64,000 bases of DNA from an uncultured Bacteroidales bacterium. Lineage in GTDB: Bacteria; Bacteroidota; Bacteroidia; Bacteroidales; UBA932. The position numbers and the translations under genes are program-made. Shown here one piece after another: positions 18,893 to 28,541 of this stretch. The notes below the pieces were generated by a model. The model saw only the letters and a program-made list of their open reading frames with translations, ran no database searches and was not told where the DNA came from. How positions within the stretch are numbered: position 1 is the first letter of the stretch; every line of letters begins with the position of its first letter. Where the stretch lies: the NCBI GenBank assembly GCA_945868745.1, contig CAMBMK010000002.1, forward strand, positions 1,770-65,769, in the 5' to 3' direction.

Positions 18893-19471
18893 TTATTTTT
18901 TGGATACGTCCTTAGGCTCGGCCTCGGAAATGTTCTGCGGGATTGCCTTCTTGACAATGTCCTGCTTTTCCTCGTCGAGACTGTTGAAAGATTTTCCGTA
19001 CGCCCTGCGGGAGAACTCGTCACGAAGCTCGTTGACTGCCTTTACAAGCTCGTTCTGAACTTCGATGTAAGCCCTGTAGCTGGTACCACGGTCGTTCTGG
19101 AGGGAGATGACTCCCTGTGAAACCTCGTATGTACCGTATCCCTCGATCTCGGTAGCCTTCTTTTCAGGAAGGTTAGGGTCGTTGGTAGGGTTGGTAAGGA
19201 ATTCCTTGACTTTATCCTTGAGCTGGCTGACGTCCATAGGTTCACTACCGGCGAGAAGTCTGTCTGCCGAGTTGATCTTTACGATGATGATGTTTCGGCG
19301 GTTGACCTTCTGGTCCTTAACTTCCTGATTCTTGTCAGGCATAGGCGGAAGACGGCGCTGGAGACCTGTCTGCGATCCCATAGTGGTGGTCATGAGGAAG
19401 TAGCAGAGAAGGAGGAACGCGATGTCCGCCGTTGAACTTGAATTTATCGCAGGTGTTTTCTTTTTACCCAT
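18893..19471 (-). CDS. exbD: Biopolymer transporter ExbD
   Basis: STADIAFLLL..F.MTT and SLQNDRGTSY motifs. Confidence 0.92.
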   Translation of the reverse strand: MGKKKTPAINSSSTADIAFLLLCYFLMTTTMGSQTGLQRRLPPMPDKNQEVKDQKVNRRNIIIVKINSADRLLAGSEPMDVSQLKDKVKEFLTNPTNDPNLPEKKATEIEGYGTYEVSQGVISLQNDRGTSYRAYIEVQNELVKAVNELRDEFSRRAYGKSFNSLDEEKQDIVKKAIPQNISEAEPKDVSKK

Positions 19472-19482
19472 GGCTTCAACAA

Positions 19483-19917
19483 TTATTTACTACGGACCGC
19501 ACTCATGATCTCACCGAAGATGATTGCAACGATTGCAAGACCGCCGGCAAGATAAGTAAGGTTCATAATAGTGTCAGTAAGTTTCAGAACGCTGGTGGAT
19601 GGCTGGTCGATGACACCGAGAGCCGGGTCGCCAGGTGAAACGAGATATACCACGAAGCATACAGCGGCAATCGCAACGAGTCCGATGAGCATCTTGAAGA
19701 GGCTCTTCGGATTGTTCATGGCGCTGATGACGATCCCGACCACAATGACTGCGGCGAGAGCGAGGCCTACCATGATATAACCCCAGCGGAGGAGAACATC
19801 GGTAGCTTTGGCGTCATTGGCCTCGAAGCCTACGGAGAAGCCCCAAAGCAGGACGGCAACGCTGACGAGGATCAGAATCCACAGGAGCCATTTGAATATT
19901 TTGCTAAAATTTTTCAT
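19483..19917 (-). CDS. Four-TM membrane protein of the Bacteroidota exbB-exbD-exbD cluster
   Basis: Four hydrophobic segments; conserved position in the operon. Confidence 0.8.
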   Translation of the reverse strand: MKNFSKIFKWLLWILILVSVAVLLWGFSVGFEANDAKATDVLLRWGYIMVGLALAAVIVVGIVISAMNNPKSLFKMLIGLVAIAAVCFVVYLVSPGDPALGVIDQPSTSVLKLTDTIMNLTYLAGGLAIVAIIFGEIMSAVRSK

Positions 19918-19943
19918 TATGAATTCCGCTTAAGATTCGCGAA

Positions 19944-20723
19944 TTATTTCTTGTTGTACTTGGTGATGATATCGACAAGGCTGATGGAAGCATCCTCCAT
20001 ATCGATGGAGATAGAGTCGATCTTTGCAAGGATGTAGTTGTAGAAGACCTGGAGGATCATCGCAACGATAAGACCTGCAACGGTGGTGATGAGGGCGACC
20101 TTCATACCTCCTGCAACGACGTTAGGGGAGATGTCACCTGCTGCCTGGATAGCATCGAATGCGGCGATCATACCGATAACGGTACCGAGGAATCCGAGGG
20201 ACGGAGCGATGGCGATGAAGAGGGAGATCCATGAAAGGCCGTTCTCCATATTGCTCATCTGGATGCCGCCGTAGGAAACGACAGTCTTCTCAACGGTGTC
20301 GATACCCTCATCATAGTGGAGGAGACCCTGGTAGAAGATGCTTGCTACAGGACCGCGGGTGTTGCGGCAAACCTCCTTTGCCTTCTCGATTCCGCCTTCA
20401 GCAAGAGCGTCCTCAACGGCTTTGAGAAGCTTCTTGGTGTTGACCTTGGAGAAGGAGAGATAAAGGATACGCTCGATGGCAAGGGCAAGACCGATAACCA
20501 AGCAGATGATGATGAGGGACATGAAGCCTGCACCACCCTCGATGAATTTGGTCTTGATTGCCTGGTGGAGAGGAATCTCCTCGCCAGTTCCTTTGAGAAG
20601 ATCTGCACCGGAGGTAACTTCGGTCTTTTCAGGAGCAGCCTGATCTGCGTCCTGTGCAGATGCAATGCTTGCAGATACGGTCATGATGCCGATTACTGCC
20701 AAAAACATGAAAAACTTTTTCAT
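19944..20723 (-). CDS. exbB: MotA/TolQ/ExbB proton channel protein
   Basis: APSLGFLGTVIGMI and VALITTVAGL motifs. Confidence 0.93.
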   Translation of the reverse strand: MKKFFMFLAVIGIMTVSASIASAQDADQAAPEKTEVTSGADLLKGTGEEIPLHQAIKTKFIEGGAGFMSLIIICLVIGLALAIERILYLSFSKVNTKKLLKAVEDALAEGGIEKAKEVCRNTRGPVASIFYQGLLHYDEGIDTVEKTVVSYGGIQMSNMENGLSWISLFIAIAPSLGFLGTVIGMIAAFDAIQAAGDISPNVVAGGMKVALITTVAGLIVAMILQVFYNYILAKIDSISIDMEDASISLVDIITKYNKK

Positions 20724-20847
20724 AATTGTTTTTGTGTGTTTGAAATAATAATTTGTATTAATTTGTTTAACGATTTATGTCTGTCAAGTATTCTACACTA
20801 TGCTGAAATCCGGTGCAATTTAGCAAATAATTTCCAAATGGCAATAA

Positions 20848-21885
20848 TTATTTGGATATTTCTCCCTTGAGGTTGCGCTCCATCATCTCTTTCACCCAGA
20901 TGTTGTCATCGCTTTTGCCGAGAAGGAAAAACAGTTTGGCAAGGGCGCTTTCGGTCGTGGAGTCGAATCCGTTCACCACGCCGGCCGTCTTGAGGCACTT
21001 GCCCGTGGCGTAGATGTCCATATTGACGGTACCCGCAAGACATTGTGTTACATTGACTATCACCTTGCCTCCCCGGCAGGCTTCCGACACCGTGTCGATG
21101 AACCATGGCGCGGACGGAGCGTTTCCCGCCCCGTAGGTTTCCATAATGACAGCCCTCGTGCCGGGGTCGCAGAGGAAGTACTGCACCGCTTCGCGGGTAA
21201 TTCCCGGATGGAGCTTGAGAATCGACACCCTGGTGTCAAGGGTGGTGTTGATGGAGATGCTCTGGTACCAGTCAAGCGGTTTCCTGATGAACTCGTTGCG
21301 GTAACGTATGTTGATGCCGGCTTCGGCGAGAGGCGGGTAGTTCGGGGATTCGAAAGCGTCGAAAACCTCTGCGTTGACCTTGATGCTCCTGTTGCCCCTC
21401 ATCAGTTTGGAGCCGAAGCAGATGCACACTTCGGGGACAAGGGCGTGGCCTTCGCTGTCCTTGGCCGAGGCAATCTCCACGGAGGAGATGAGGTTTTCCT
21501 TTCCGTCGGTGCGCGGCACTCCGATCGGAAGCTGGCTGCCGGTGAAGATGACAGGCTTGGTGAGCCCGTCGAGCATAAAGCTCAGTGCCGATGCGGAATA
21601 GGACATGGTGTCGGTCCCGTGGAGGATGATGAAGCCGTCATAGGAGTCATATTTGGCCTTGATGAGGTTTGCAAGGGCCTGCCACATGGACGGCTCCACG
21701 TCGGAAGAGTCAATCAGCGGGTCGAAGGTCCAGGTGTCTATCTTGAACGCGAATTTGCGCAGCTCCGGGACCTCCTCGAGTATCTGGCTGAAGTCGAAAG
21801 GCTTCAGGGTCAGGTCGGTCGGGTCCTGCTTCATGCCGATAGTGCCGCCGGTGTAGATCAGCAGCAGGGATGATTTCTGGTTCAT
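20848..21885 (-). CDS. ansA: L-asparaginase type I
   Basis: YTGGTIGM, HGTDTM and TGSQLP motifs. Confidence 0.95.
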   Translation of the reverse strand: MNQKSSLLLIYTGGTIGMKQDPTDLTLKPFDFSQILEEVPELRKFAFKIDTWTFDPLIDSSDVEPSMWQALANLIKAKYDSYDGFIILHGTDTMSYSASALSFMLDGLTKPVIFTGSQLPIGVPRTDGKENLISSVEIASAKDSEGHALVPEVCICFGSKLMRGNRSIKVNAEVFDAFESPNYPPLAEAGINIRYRNEFIRKPLDWYQSISINTTLDTRVSILKLHPGITREAVQYFLCDPGTRAVIMETYGAGNAPSAPWFIDTVSEACRGGKVIVNVTQCLAGTVNMDIYATGKCLKTAGVVNGFDSTTESALAKLFFLLGKSDDNIWVKEMMERNLKGEISK

Positions 21886-21886
21886 T

Positions 21887-22660
21887 TCAATTCAGTTCGA
21901 ACAGTTTCAGTGCATTCGCAGTTGTGGTTTCTGCGACTTCTTCTATGTCAATGCCCCTGATGTCTGCTATCTTTGCCGCCACAAGGGGAATGTATGTGCT
22001 TTCGTTCCGCTGCCCGCGATGCGGGACAGGAGTGAGGTACGGCGAGTCCGTCTCGAGCACAATCCTGTCGAGAGGCACCTTTTTTACTACTTCGGCGAGA
22101 CCGGCGTTCCTGAATGTCACCACTCCTCCGACTCCTATGGACCAGTCTCCGTATTTCTGCAGCCTCAGGAAGGTCTCGTAGCTTCCGCTGTATGCGTGCA
22201 GGTTGCCCCTGAGCCCAAGGCCGCGGCAGCTGTCGAGGACTTTGAAAAAGTCGTCCGTCGCTTCACGCAGGTGGATGTTGACCGGAAGGCCCATCCGTGA
22301 GGCTATGTGCAACTGCTCCCTGAGGGCAAGTTTCTGAAGCTCCGCCGTTTCGGCGCCATAGTGGTAGTCCAGCCCGATTTCCCCGATGGCAACGGGGCGC
22401 GGACCGTCATAATCTAGCATCAGCCCAATCTCCTTCTCCCAGTCCTCCCCGACAGACCCCGGATAAAGCCCGAGCATCGTGTACAGCACTCCCGGATACC
22501 CGGCTGCGGTGGCGAGCATGCCCGGCCTTTCCCTGCTGTCAATGTCAGCAAGAATCATTTTGTACACGCCTGCTGCAAGGCTCCTTCCTATGGCCTCGCT
22601 GCGGTCGCCGTCAAAGGCCGGATCGTTGAAGTGGACGTGGGTGTCTATGAACTTTGCCAT
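21887..22660 (-). CDS. TatD family DNase
   Basis: IDTHVH, IGEIGLDY and LETDSPYL motifs; TAACTTTG promoter element at 22692-22699 (-). Confidence 0.93.
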   Translation of the reverse strand: MAKFIDTHVHFNDPAFDGDRSEAIGRSLAAGVYKMILADIDSRERPGMLATAAGYPGVLYTMLGLYPGSVGEDWEKEIGLMLDYDGPRPVAIGEIGLDYHYGAETAELQKLALREQLHIASRMGLPVNIHLREATDDFFKVLDSCRGLGLRGNLHAYSGSYETFLRLQKYGDWSIGVGGVVTFRNAGLAEVVKKVPLDRIVLETDSPYLTPVPHRGQRNESTYIPLVAAKIADIRGIDIEEVAETTTANALKLFELN

Positions 22661-22696
22661 ACCTTGTGCGGCTACCAAAGCAGCCGCGGTGCAAAG

Positions 22697-23860
22697 TTAC
22701 AATAATTTGGAATTGAAAGAACACCTTCTGAGCAAGTCTGTGAAGATTATTCCGTCTGTTTCGAGTATTCCGGCGGCCTGCGAGACGGCTGCCGCATCAG
22801 CCCCGCATATACGGGCGATTTCATCGATGCCGGCCCCGCGGTGGTCTTTCACGGCTTCCGCCACGTCCAGCAGCATCGCAAATTCGTCTTCGGGAAGACC
22901 GGAGTAGTATTCCGACAGCAGTTCCCCGACCGTTTTCCTGTGGAGAGTGCCGCAGCCTTCAAACCCCAGGCGCTTTACAAGATCGTCCGGATCGGTGACC
23001 GCCTCGGCAACACGTTCCCTGATAAGTATGTTGCATCCCCTGGACCTGATGTCGTCCGCCCTGCCCGGAAGTGCATAGACATCCCTGTCATAGTCTGCTG
23101 CGAGCCTTGCCGTGATCATTCCTCCTCCCTTTTCCTTTGATTCGACCAGGACGACGGCATCGCACATCCCGGCTATGATCCTGTTGCGCCGCAGGAAATG
23201 TACCGGCTTGGGCACAGTCCCCTCCGGATAGTCGGTCACAAGTGCGCTTGACGGGGTGCTTTCAATTCTTTTTGCAAGGGGGATGTGCCGGTACGGATAG
23301 ACTTCGTCAATGCCTGTCGCCATTACGGCAATGGTGGGCATCCCCGCATCGAGGGCTGACACGTGGGCTGTGAAATCGATGCCGAAAGCCAGTCCGCTTA
23401 CAATGGCCGGGACCGGCCTTATCCTCGACAGGGCCCGGACTATCAGGCTGCACCATTCACGCCCGTAGGAACTCATGTCCCGTGTCCCCACAATGCCTAT
23501 GTGCAGCCTGTCCTCCCGAAAAACGGCGCTCCCGCCGGAACTCTTGTAGTATAGCCCCAGAGGCGGGTCCGGACATTCTTTCAGCAGGGCGGGATAACCG
23601 CTTTCGTTGAAACCCGCAAATCCGGCTCCGGTCTCAAGGAGGTGCTGCAGCTCTTCGCGCGCCTGATCAAGGGTGCCGGGGACAAGCCTGTCAAGATAAT
23701 CGGCATTCGGCCCTGTCACGGTGCGCAGCCTGCTCCGGTCCGCGTAAAAGACCGAACGGGCATCCGGGAAACTGTCGAGCAGAGCCTTGCCGCAGCGCGG
23801 ATTGAACCCGAAGATACGGTTGAGGGCTAGCATGGCAGCCTTTTCGTCTGTGTTTTCCAT
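22697..23860 (-). CDS. dprA: DNA-processing protein DprA (Smf)
   Basis: IVGTR, IVSGLAFGID and FLRRNRIIAG motifs. Start placed at MENTD. Confidence 0.93.
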   Translation of the reverse strand: MENTDEKAAMLALNRIFGFNPRCGKALLDSFPDARSVFYADRSRLRTVTGPNADYLDRLVPGTLDQAREELQHLLETGAGFAGFNESGYPALLKECPDPPLGLYYKSSGGSAVFREDRLHIGIVGTRDMSSYGREWCSLIVRALSRIRPVPAIVSGLAFGIDFTAHVSALDAGMPTIAVMATGIDEVYPYRHIPLAKRIESTPSSALVTDYPEGTVPKPVHFLRRNRIIAGMCDAVVLVESKEKGGGMITARLAADYDRDVYALPGRADDIRSRGCNILIRERVAEAVTDPDDLVKRLGFEGCGTLHRKTVGELLSEYYSGLPEDEFAMLLDVAEAVKDHRGAGIDEIARICGADAAAVSQAAGILETDGIIFTDLLRRCSFNSKLL

Positions 23861-24019
23861 AGCAGTTTTTTGAGGCAAAAGTAATGATTTGTCCCTTACG
23901 GAAAACGGAAACAGGCCGCGGGGGAAGCCCTGCAAGCCTGTTTTATACGAATTTTTATGTTTTCTGTACGATTCTTTATCCGGCCGTAGCCTCGGGAGCC
24001 CGGGGATAAAGACTCCCCG

Positions 24020-25075
24020 TTACAGGATCAGCATCGCGTCACCGTAAGGACCGAAACGGTAGTCGTTGTCGAGAGCCTCCCTGTAGGCGTTCATCACTTT
24101 GTCAAATCCTCCGAAAGCGGCTACTGACATGAGCATCGTGGAGAGCGGCCGGTGGAAGTTGGATACGATTGCGTTCGGAATGGCAAACTTGTACGGAGGG
24201 AAGATGAACTTGTTGGTCCATCCGTCGTATGGATTTACCTCGTTGTTGGTCGTCACATAGGTCTCGAGACCCCTCATTACGGTGACTCCTACAGCAAGCA
24301 CCTTGTGGCCTGCCCTCTTGGTGTCATTGATGGCATTGGCGGCCTGCGGGGTGATGATCATCCTCTCGGAACTCATCTTGTGCTTTGAAAGATCCTCGAC
24401 ATCCACACTGCTGAAATGTCCGACACCCATGTGTACGGTGATGAAGGTCTTGTTGATGTCCTTGAGAATCATCCTGTTGAACAGCTCACGGCTGAAATGC
24501 AGACCTGCGGCCGGAGCGGCGACAGCCCCCTCGTACCGTGCGAAAATGGTCTGGTAATCCTCGGCATCCTTTGGAGTTATCTCCTTTTCGGACTTGACCC
24601 ATTTCGGAACCGGGGTGGTGCCGAGACTGTAGAGAGTCTTCTTGAAGTCGTCATACTCGCCGTCATAGAGGAATCTCAAGGTCCTTCCGCGCGATGTGGT
24701 GTTGTCAATCACCTCGGCGACAAGGCTTTCGTCCTCGCCGAAATAAAGTTTGTTGCCTATGCGGATTTTTCTTGCGGGGTCCACAATCACGTCCCAGAGC
24801 CTCTGCTCGCGGTTGAGCTCCCTCAAAAGGGATACTTCAATCTCCGCTCCGGTTTTCTCCTTGTTGCCGTACAGAAGGGCAGGGAATACTTTCGTGTCGT
24901 TGAGGACGAAGGTGTCCCCTTTGCCGAAATAATCGAGGATATCCTTGAAGATCCTGTGCTCTATCTCGCCCGTATCCCTGTGGAGTACAAGCATTTTGCA
25001 TTCATCCCTCCATCTGGTGGGCTCTTTTGCGATTCTGTCCTGCGGAAGATTGAAATTGAACTGTGAAAGCTTCAT
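24020..25075 (-). CDS. queA: S-adenosylmethionine:tRNA ribosyltransferase-isomerase
   Basis: [27 protein letters not shown] and [13 protein letters not shown] motifs. Confidence 0.96.
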   Translation of the reverse strand: MKLSQFNFNLPQDRIAKEPTRWRDECKMLVLHRDTGEIEHRIFKDILDYFGKGDTFVLNDTKVFPALLYGNKEKTGAEIEVSLLRELNREQRLWDVIVDPARKIRIGNKLYFGEDESLVAEVIDNTTSRGRTLRFLYDGEYDDFKKTLYSLGTTPVPKWVKSEKEITPKDAEDYQTIFARYEGAVAAPAAGLHFSRELFNRMILKDINKTFITVHMGVGHFSSVDVEDLSKHKMSSERMIITPQAANAINDTKRAGHKVLAVGVTVMRGLETYVTTNNEVNPYDGWTNKFIFPPYKFAIPNAIVSNFHRPLSTMLMSVAAFGGFDKVMNAYREALDNDYRFGPYGDAMLIL

Positions 25076-25143
25076 CTCTAATCAATTTAGTACCCTGATT
25101 CTTGGTGCATATAATATATATACGGACAAAAACCGGATTTGTT

Positions 25144-26076
25144 TCACTTCTTGTTGAGATAATCGAGGCGTACCCTTGCCGATTCGCGGTCAGCCTCGGT
25201 CTCGCCGTACTTAATCAGCATAGGAAGGTATTTCTTCTCGAGCTTCACGTCCTTTGCGTTTCTTGCCAGTACTACACAGTTGCGGATTGCCGTAATGTCG
25301 TCCGGAGCCTTCTTCAGGACTTTGTTGTAGTATTTGAGGGCGCTCTTGCTGTCTTTCCTGGCCACAAGATAGTATGAACCCAGGTCATTGAGGAACAGCA
25401 CGTCGTCCCTGTTGAAGGAGAGCATCTTCTCGGCCGACTTGCGGAAGGCCTCGTACCCCTCGGGAACTCCGAGGCGGAAAAAAGTGTAGCAATACTCCTG
25501 AACCGAAGCCTTGAATACTTCATTGTCCACTACGTCGATTCCAGGGTATTCCCATTGCGGATGCTCCGTATAATTGAGGTCAACCAGCGACATCAGCTCC
25601 GACAGGGCCATGTCCGGGCTCTCCTTTTCGTAGTTCATCAGGGCCGTTATTTTGGTGAAACGCATGTCCAGCCTCTGCGGATATGTCCTTATGATGCGGT
25701 CCATCACCTTGACAGCCTCTCCGAACAGCTCGTCGTCGAAAAAGCTTTCCTGAAAATAGTTGATGTCGGCTCCAGTGCTGTCCTTGAGCGTAAGTGCAGG
25801 CTTTGCGCCCATAAATGTGGCTTTCCCGCCCTTGGGCTCGATCCTGTCGGATTTGCTCTTTGTATAATAATAGACAAAGCGCCCCGACAGCATGTCCAGG
25901 TCGTCAGGGTATGCCTCTTCCCATTTGTCGAGCAGGGTCTCTATGCCGACTCCTGCTCCTCCAAGCTTGGAAACCAGCAGGTTGTACCTTTCAATAAACT
26001 CTTCCCTTGTGGTCTGTGCACAGACGCATACTGCCGAAACCAGCAGTGCGGCGGCAACCGTCAAAATCTTTCTCAT
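25144..26076 (-). CDS. Secreted TPR-like protein
   Basis: Signal peptide MRKILTVAAALLVSAVCVCAQ; helical TPR-like repeats. Confidence 0.7.
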   Translation of the reverse strand: MRKILTVAAALLVSAVCVCAQTTREEFIERYNLLVSKLGGAGVGIETLLDKWEEAYPDDLDMLSGRFVYYYTKSKSDRIEPKGGKATFMGAKPALTLKDSTGADINYFQESFFDDELFGEAVKVMDRIIRTYPQRLDMRFTKITALMNYEKESPDMALSELMSLVDLNYTEHPQWEYPGIDVVDNEVFKASVQEYCYTFFRLGVPEGYEAFRKSAEKMLSFNRDDVLFLNDLGSYYLVARKDSKSALKYYNKVLKKAPDDITAIRNCVVLARNAKDVKLEKKYLPMLIKYGETEADRESARVRLDYLNKK

Positions 26077-27413
26077 AAAATATCTATATCCATTCTGATT
26101 CTTCTGTCGGACGGGAGCAGCGAATTTGTCCTGCTTCCGAGGTTCTTTACAAATCCCAGTCCGCACCCGCAGTATTTCACCAGGATGATTCCTTTTGGCG
26201 ACTCCGGGAGCAGAATCGGGTCCTTGTGAAGATATTTAAGGGCATCCTCCAGGGAAAGCTCCGCCTGCACAAAAGCCTTGTCCGAAAGGAAAATGCTCAT
26301 GGCGAGGTCGGCGTGCGGAATGAAATCCTTCCCCTTGAAAGAGCCGGCCGCAGTGCCCGAAAGAAGCGGGTGAAGCCCTTGGAGCACAGCTGTTTCGGCA
26401 GCAATCTCCTCCGGAACGGCCACGGAAAGGTCCCCGCGGAGGCTTATGTCCATCGGGCAGCTGAACAGTGCGGCGATGCGCGCATCCTGCTTCAGCCTCT
26501 TTGCCTGTCTTGGTCTTGTGCTGCCGGACGGGGAAGTCTTTCTCAGGGCCGCACAATACTGCCCTTCCCCTTTCACGAGTCCCGGAATCAGGCTGTAGCC
26601 GCATCCGGTCCTGAACCATCCGTAATCGAGCTCCGGCGTGCAGACATCGGCGCCGAGAGCCTCCTCGGCCCACAGGACGTTCCCGTCGTTTTCGACGGAG
26701 TTGAACGTGCATGTCGAATATATGAGTATGCCCCCTTCGGCAAGGGCCGGCCACACGTCGGCAAGAATCCTCCTCTGGCGCTGCCCGCAGAGCCTCACAT
26801 TGTCCGGAGACCACTGCTGCACGGCCTGTTCATCTTTCCGGAACATCCCTTCCCCCGAACACGGCACATCGGCGACTATGATGTCGAAGAACCCTTCGAG
26901 GGAGGCGAATGCCCCCGGGTCGCAGCCTGTCACCGTCACGCAGGGATCTCCCCAGCGGGCAACATTGTCGGCAAGGACCCCGGCCCTGGCCCGCATCACC
27001 TCATTGGCTACAAGGATGAATGAACTGCCGCATTTTTCGCGCAGCGAGGCTGCAAGGTCGGTTGTCTTTCCTCCGGGTGCGGCGCACAGGTCCAGCACGC
27101 GCAGAGGCCTGCCGGCGGGATGGATAAACTCCCTTGCAACGGCCCCTACAGCCATTGCCGAGGAATCCTGGACATAATAAGCCCCGCTGTGGAACAGCGG
27201 ATCGAGGGTGAAGGAAGGCCTGCACCCAAGCATATGGGCATGCCTGTTCCAACTGACGGGACCCGCCCCGTCAATCATCGGTACGGAAGAAGGAGCCTTG
27301 GAAGGGTTGAGCCGCACAGACACGGACGGGGGCTCCCCGAGGGCTGTCATCGTGCGCGAAGCAATCTCTTCCCCGAAGGCTTCCGAAAGCGATTTCCTGA
27401 ACTCTTCCGTCAT
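26073..27413 (-). CDS. rRNA m5C methyltransferase (RsmF/RsmB/NOL1 family)
   Basis: LDLCAAPGGKT, DVPCSGEGMFRK and YSTCT motifs. Confidence 0.93.
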   Translation of the reverse strand: MTEEFRKSLSEAFGEEIASRTMTALGEPPSVSVRLNPSKAPSSVPMIDGAGPVSWNRHAHMLGCRPSFTLDPLFHSGAYYVQDSSAMAVGAVAREFIHPAGRPLRVLDLCAAPGGKTTDLAASLREKCGSSFILVANEVMRARAGVLADNVARWGDPCVTVTGCDPGAFASLEGFFDIIVADVPCSGEGMFRKDEQAVQQWSPDNVRLCGQRQRRILADVWPALAEGGILIYSTCTFNSVENDGNVLWAEEALGADVCTPELDYGWFRTGCGYSLIPGLVKGEGQYCAALRKTSPSGSTRPRQAKRLKQDARIAALFSCPMDISLRGDLSVAVPEEIAAETAVLQGLHPLLSGTAAGSFKGKDFIPHADLAMSIFLSDKAFVQAELSLEDALKYLHKDPILLPESPKGIILVKYCGCGLGFVKNLGSRTNSLLPSDRRIRMDIDIL

Positions 27414-27877
27414 TGATTTTTAGTGAATCCTCCCGGGAACATCGACGGGTCGATCCCTTCGGGCATCCTGCCTTCCGAGATGGCTGCAAGGCTGTCCACT
27501 ATCTTGTCCAGGCCGCTCTTGATCTTGCCGCCGAGCATTGTCTTCATCATGAAATTGAGGTCGGCCTCCACGTCGATGTGGAAGTCGGTCTCGTTCTGTG
27601 CACCGTTGTTGGAGTCGAAATGGAAATCGATCTTGAATGCGAAAGGTGAATTGCCGTAGTCGATGAATGAAATCTTCGAATAGGGGACCCTTTCGTGTAC
27701 CATTACTCCTATGCTGAATCCCTGGACCGTGGCCGTGAGGGTGTCGAAATCCGCGGTCACGTCCTTTTTCTTGTCTTCCGGAAGAAACTGGACGAAATTG
27801 CGCAGGTCAACGAAGGCCATATACAGTTCGTAGGGAGCACGCCTGACAACCGCGTGTTTGCTATTGTATTCTGTCAT
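27410..27877 (-). CDS. SRPBCC/polyketide cyclase-like protein
   Basis: DLRNF..FLP and EADLNFMMKTMLG pattern of Bacteroidota SRPBCC proteins. Confidence 0.7.
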   Translation of the reverse strand: MTEYNSKHAVVRRAPYELYMAFVDLRNFVQFLPEDKKKDVTADFDTLTATVQGFSIGVMVHERVPYSKISFIDYGNSPFAFKIDFHFDSNNGAQNETDFHIDVEADLNFMMKTMLGGKIKSGLDKIVDSLAAISEGRMPEGIDPSMFPGGFTKNQ

Positions 27878-27929
27878 AATTGGGCTAAATTTGCATAAAG
27901 CAAAGACAAAGATAATCAAATAAACTCAA

Positions 27930-28541
27930 ATGCGCAGGATATACTTTGAAAAGCGGTGCATAGTGATCTGCCCTCCTGACGGAGCTGCACTTGCGGACCC
28001 CAATTCCGTGGAATTCCATCTCGGGGACAGGCTTGACATCCATGCCCTTGTCGGGATGTTCGAGGCTTCGGCCACCCTCAACCGCATCTATATCCCTTCG
28101 CAGGACGAGGAGATGACCTACAGGCGCGTGTGCGCGGAGTTCAGGGAGGTCAATGCTGCCGGCGGACTCGTTGTCAACAGAAGGGGGGACTTCCTGCTGA
28201 TAAGGCGCGACGGGCTTTGGGACCTGCCGAAGGGCCACCAGGAAGCGGGCGAGGACATAGCTGTCACTGCCGTCCGCGAAGTCCAGGAGGAAACCGGCCT
28301 CGGGGACATCGTGCGCAGGGACCTCATCTGCATCACCGACCATTGCTACAGGCGTGACGGGATATGGCACCTCAAACATACCTGGTGGTATGACATGCTC
28401 TATACCCGGCCGGTTGACCTTGCGCCTCAGCGCGAGGAGGACATAACCACAGCGGCCTGGGTGGCCAAATCATCCCTTCCGCATTATCTCAAGAATACAT
28501 ACCCTTCCATCGCGGAGGTGTTCAGGGAGGCGAAAGTCTGA
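27930..28541 (+). CDS. NUDIX hydrolase
   Basis: Nudix box KGHQEAGEDIAVTAVREVQEETG. Confidence 0.93.
   Translation: MRRIYFEKRCIVICPPDGAALADPNSVEFHLGDRLDIHALVGMFEASATLNRIYIPSQDEEMTYRRVCAEFREVNAAGGLVVNRRGDFLLIRRDGLWDLPKGHQEAGEDIAVTAVREVQEETGLGDIVRRDLICITDHCYRRDGIWHLKHTWWYDMLYTRPVDLAPQREEDITTAAWVAKSSLPHYLKNTYPSIAEVFREAKV

Noticed and set aside
20724-20847. Possible tRNA upstream of exbB, as found in some Bacteroides
   Set aside because: No cloverleaf or T-loop (GTTCGA) motif is visible in this spacer.
23939-24011. Imperfect tandem repeat and hairpin between dprA and queA
   Set aside because: There are only two degenerate copies with no spacers, so it is not CRISPR. The hairpin is most simply a queA terminator.
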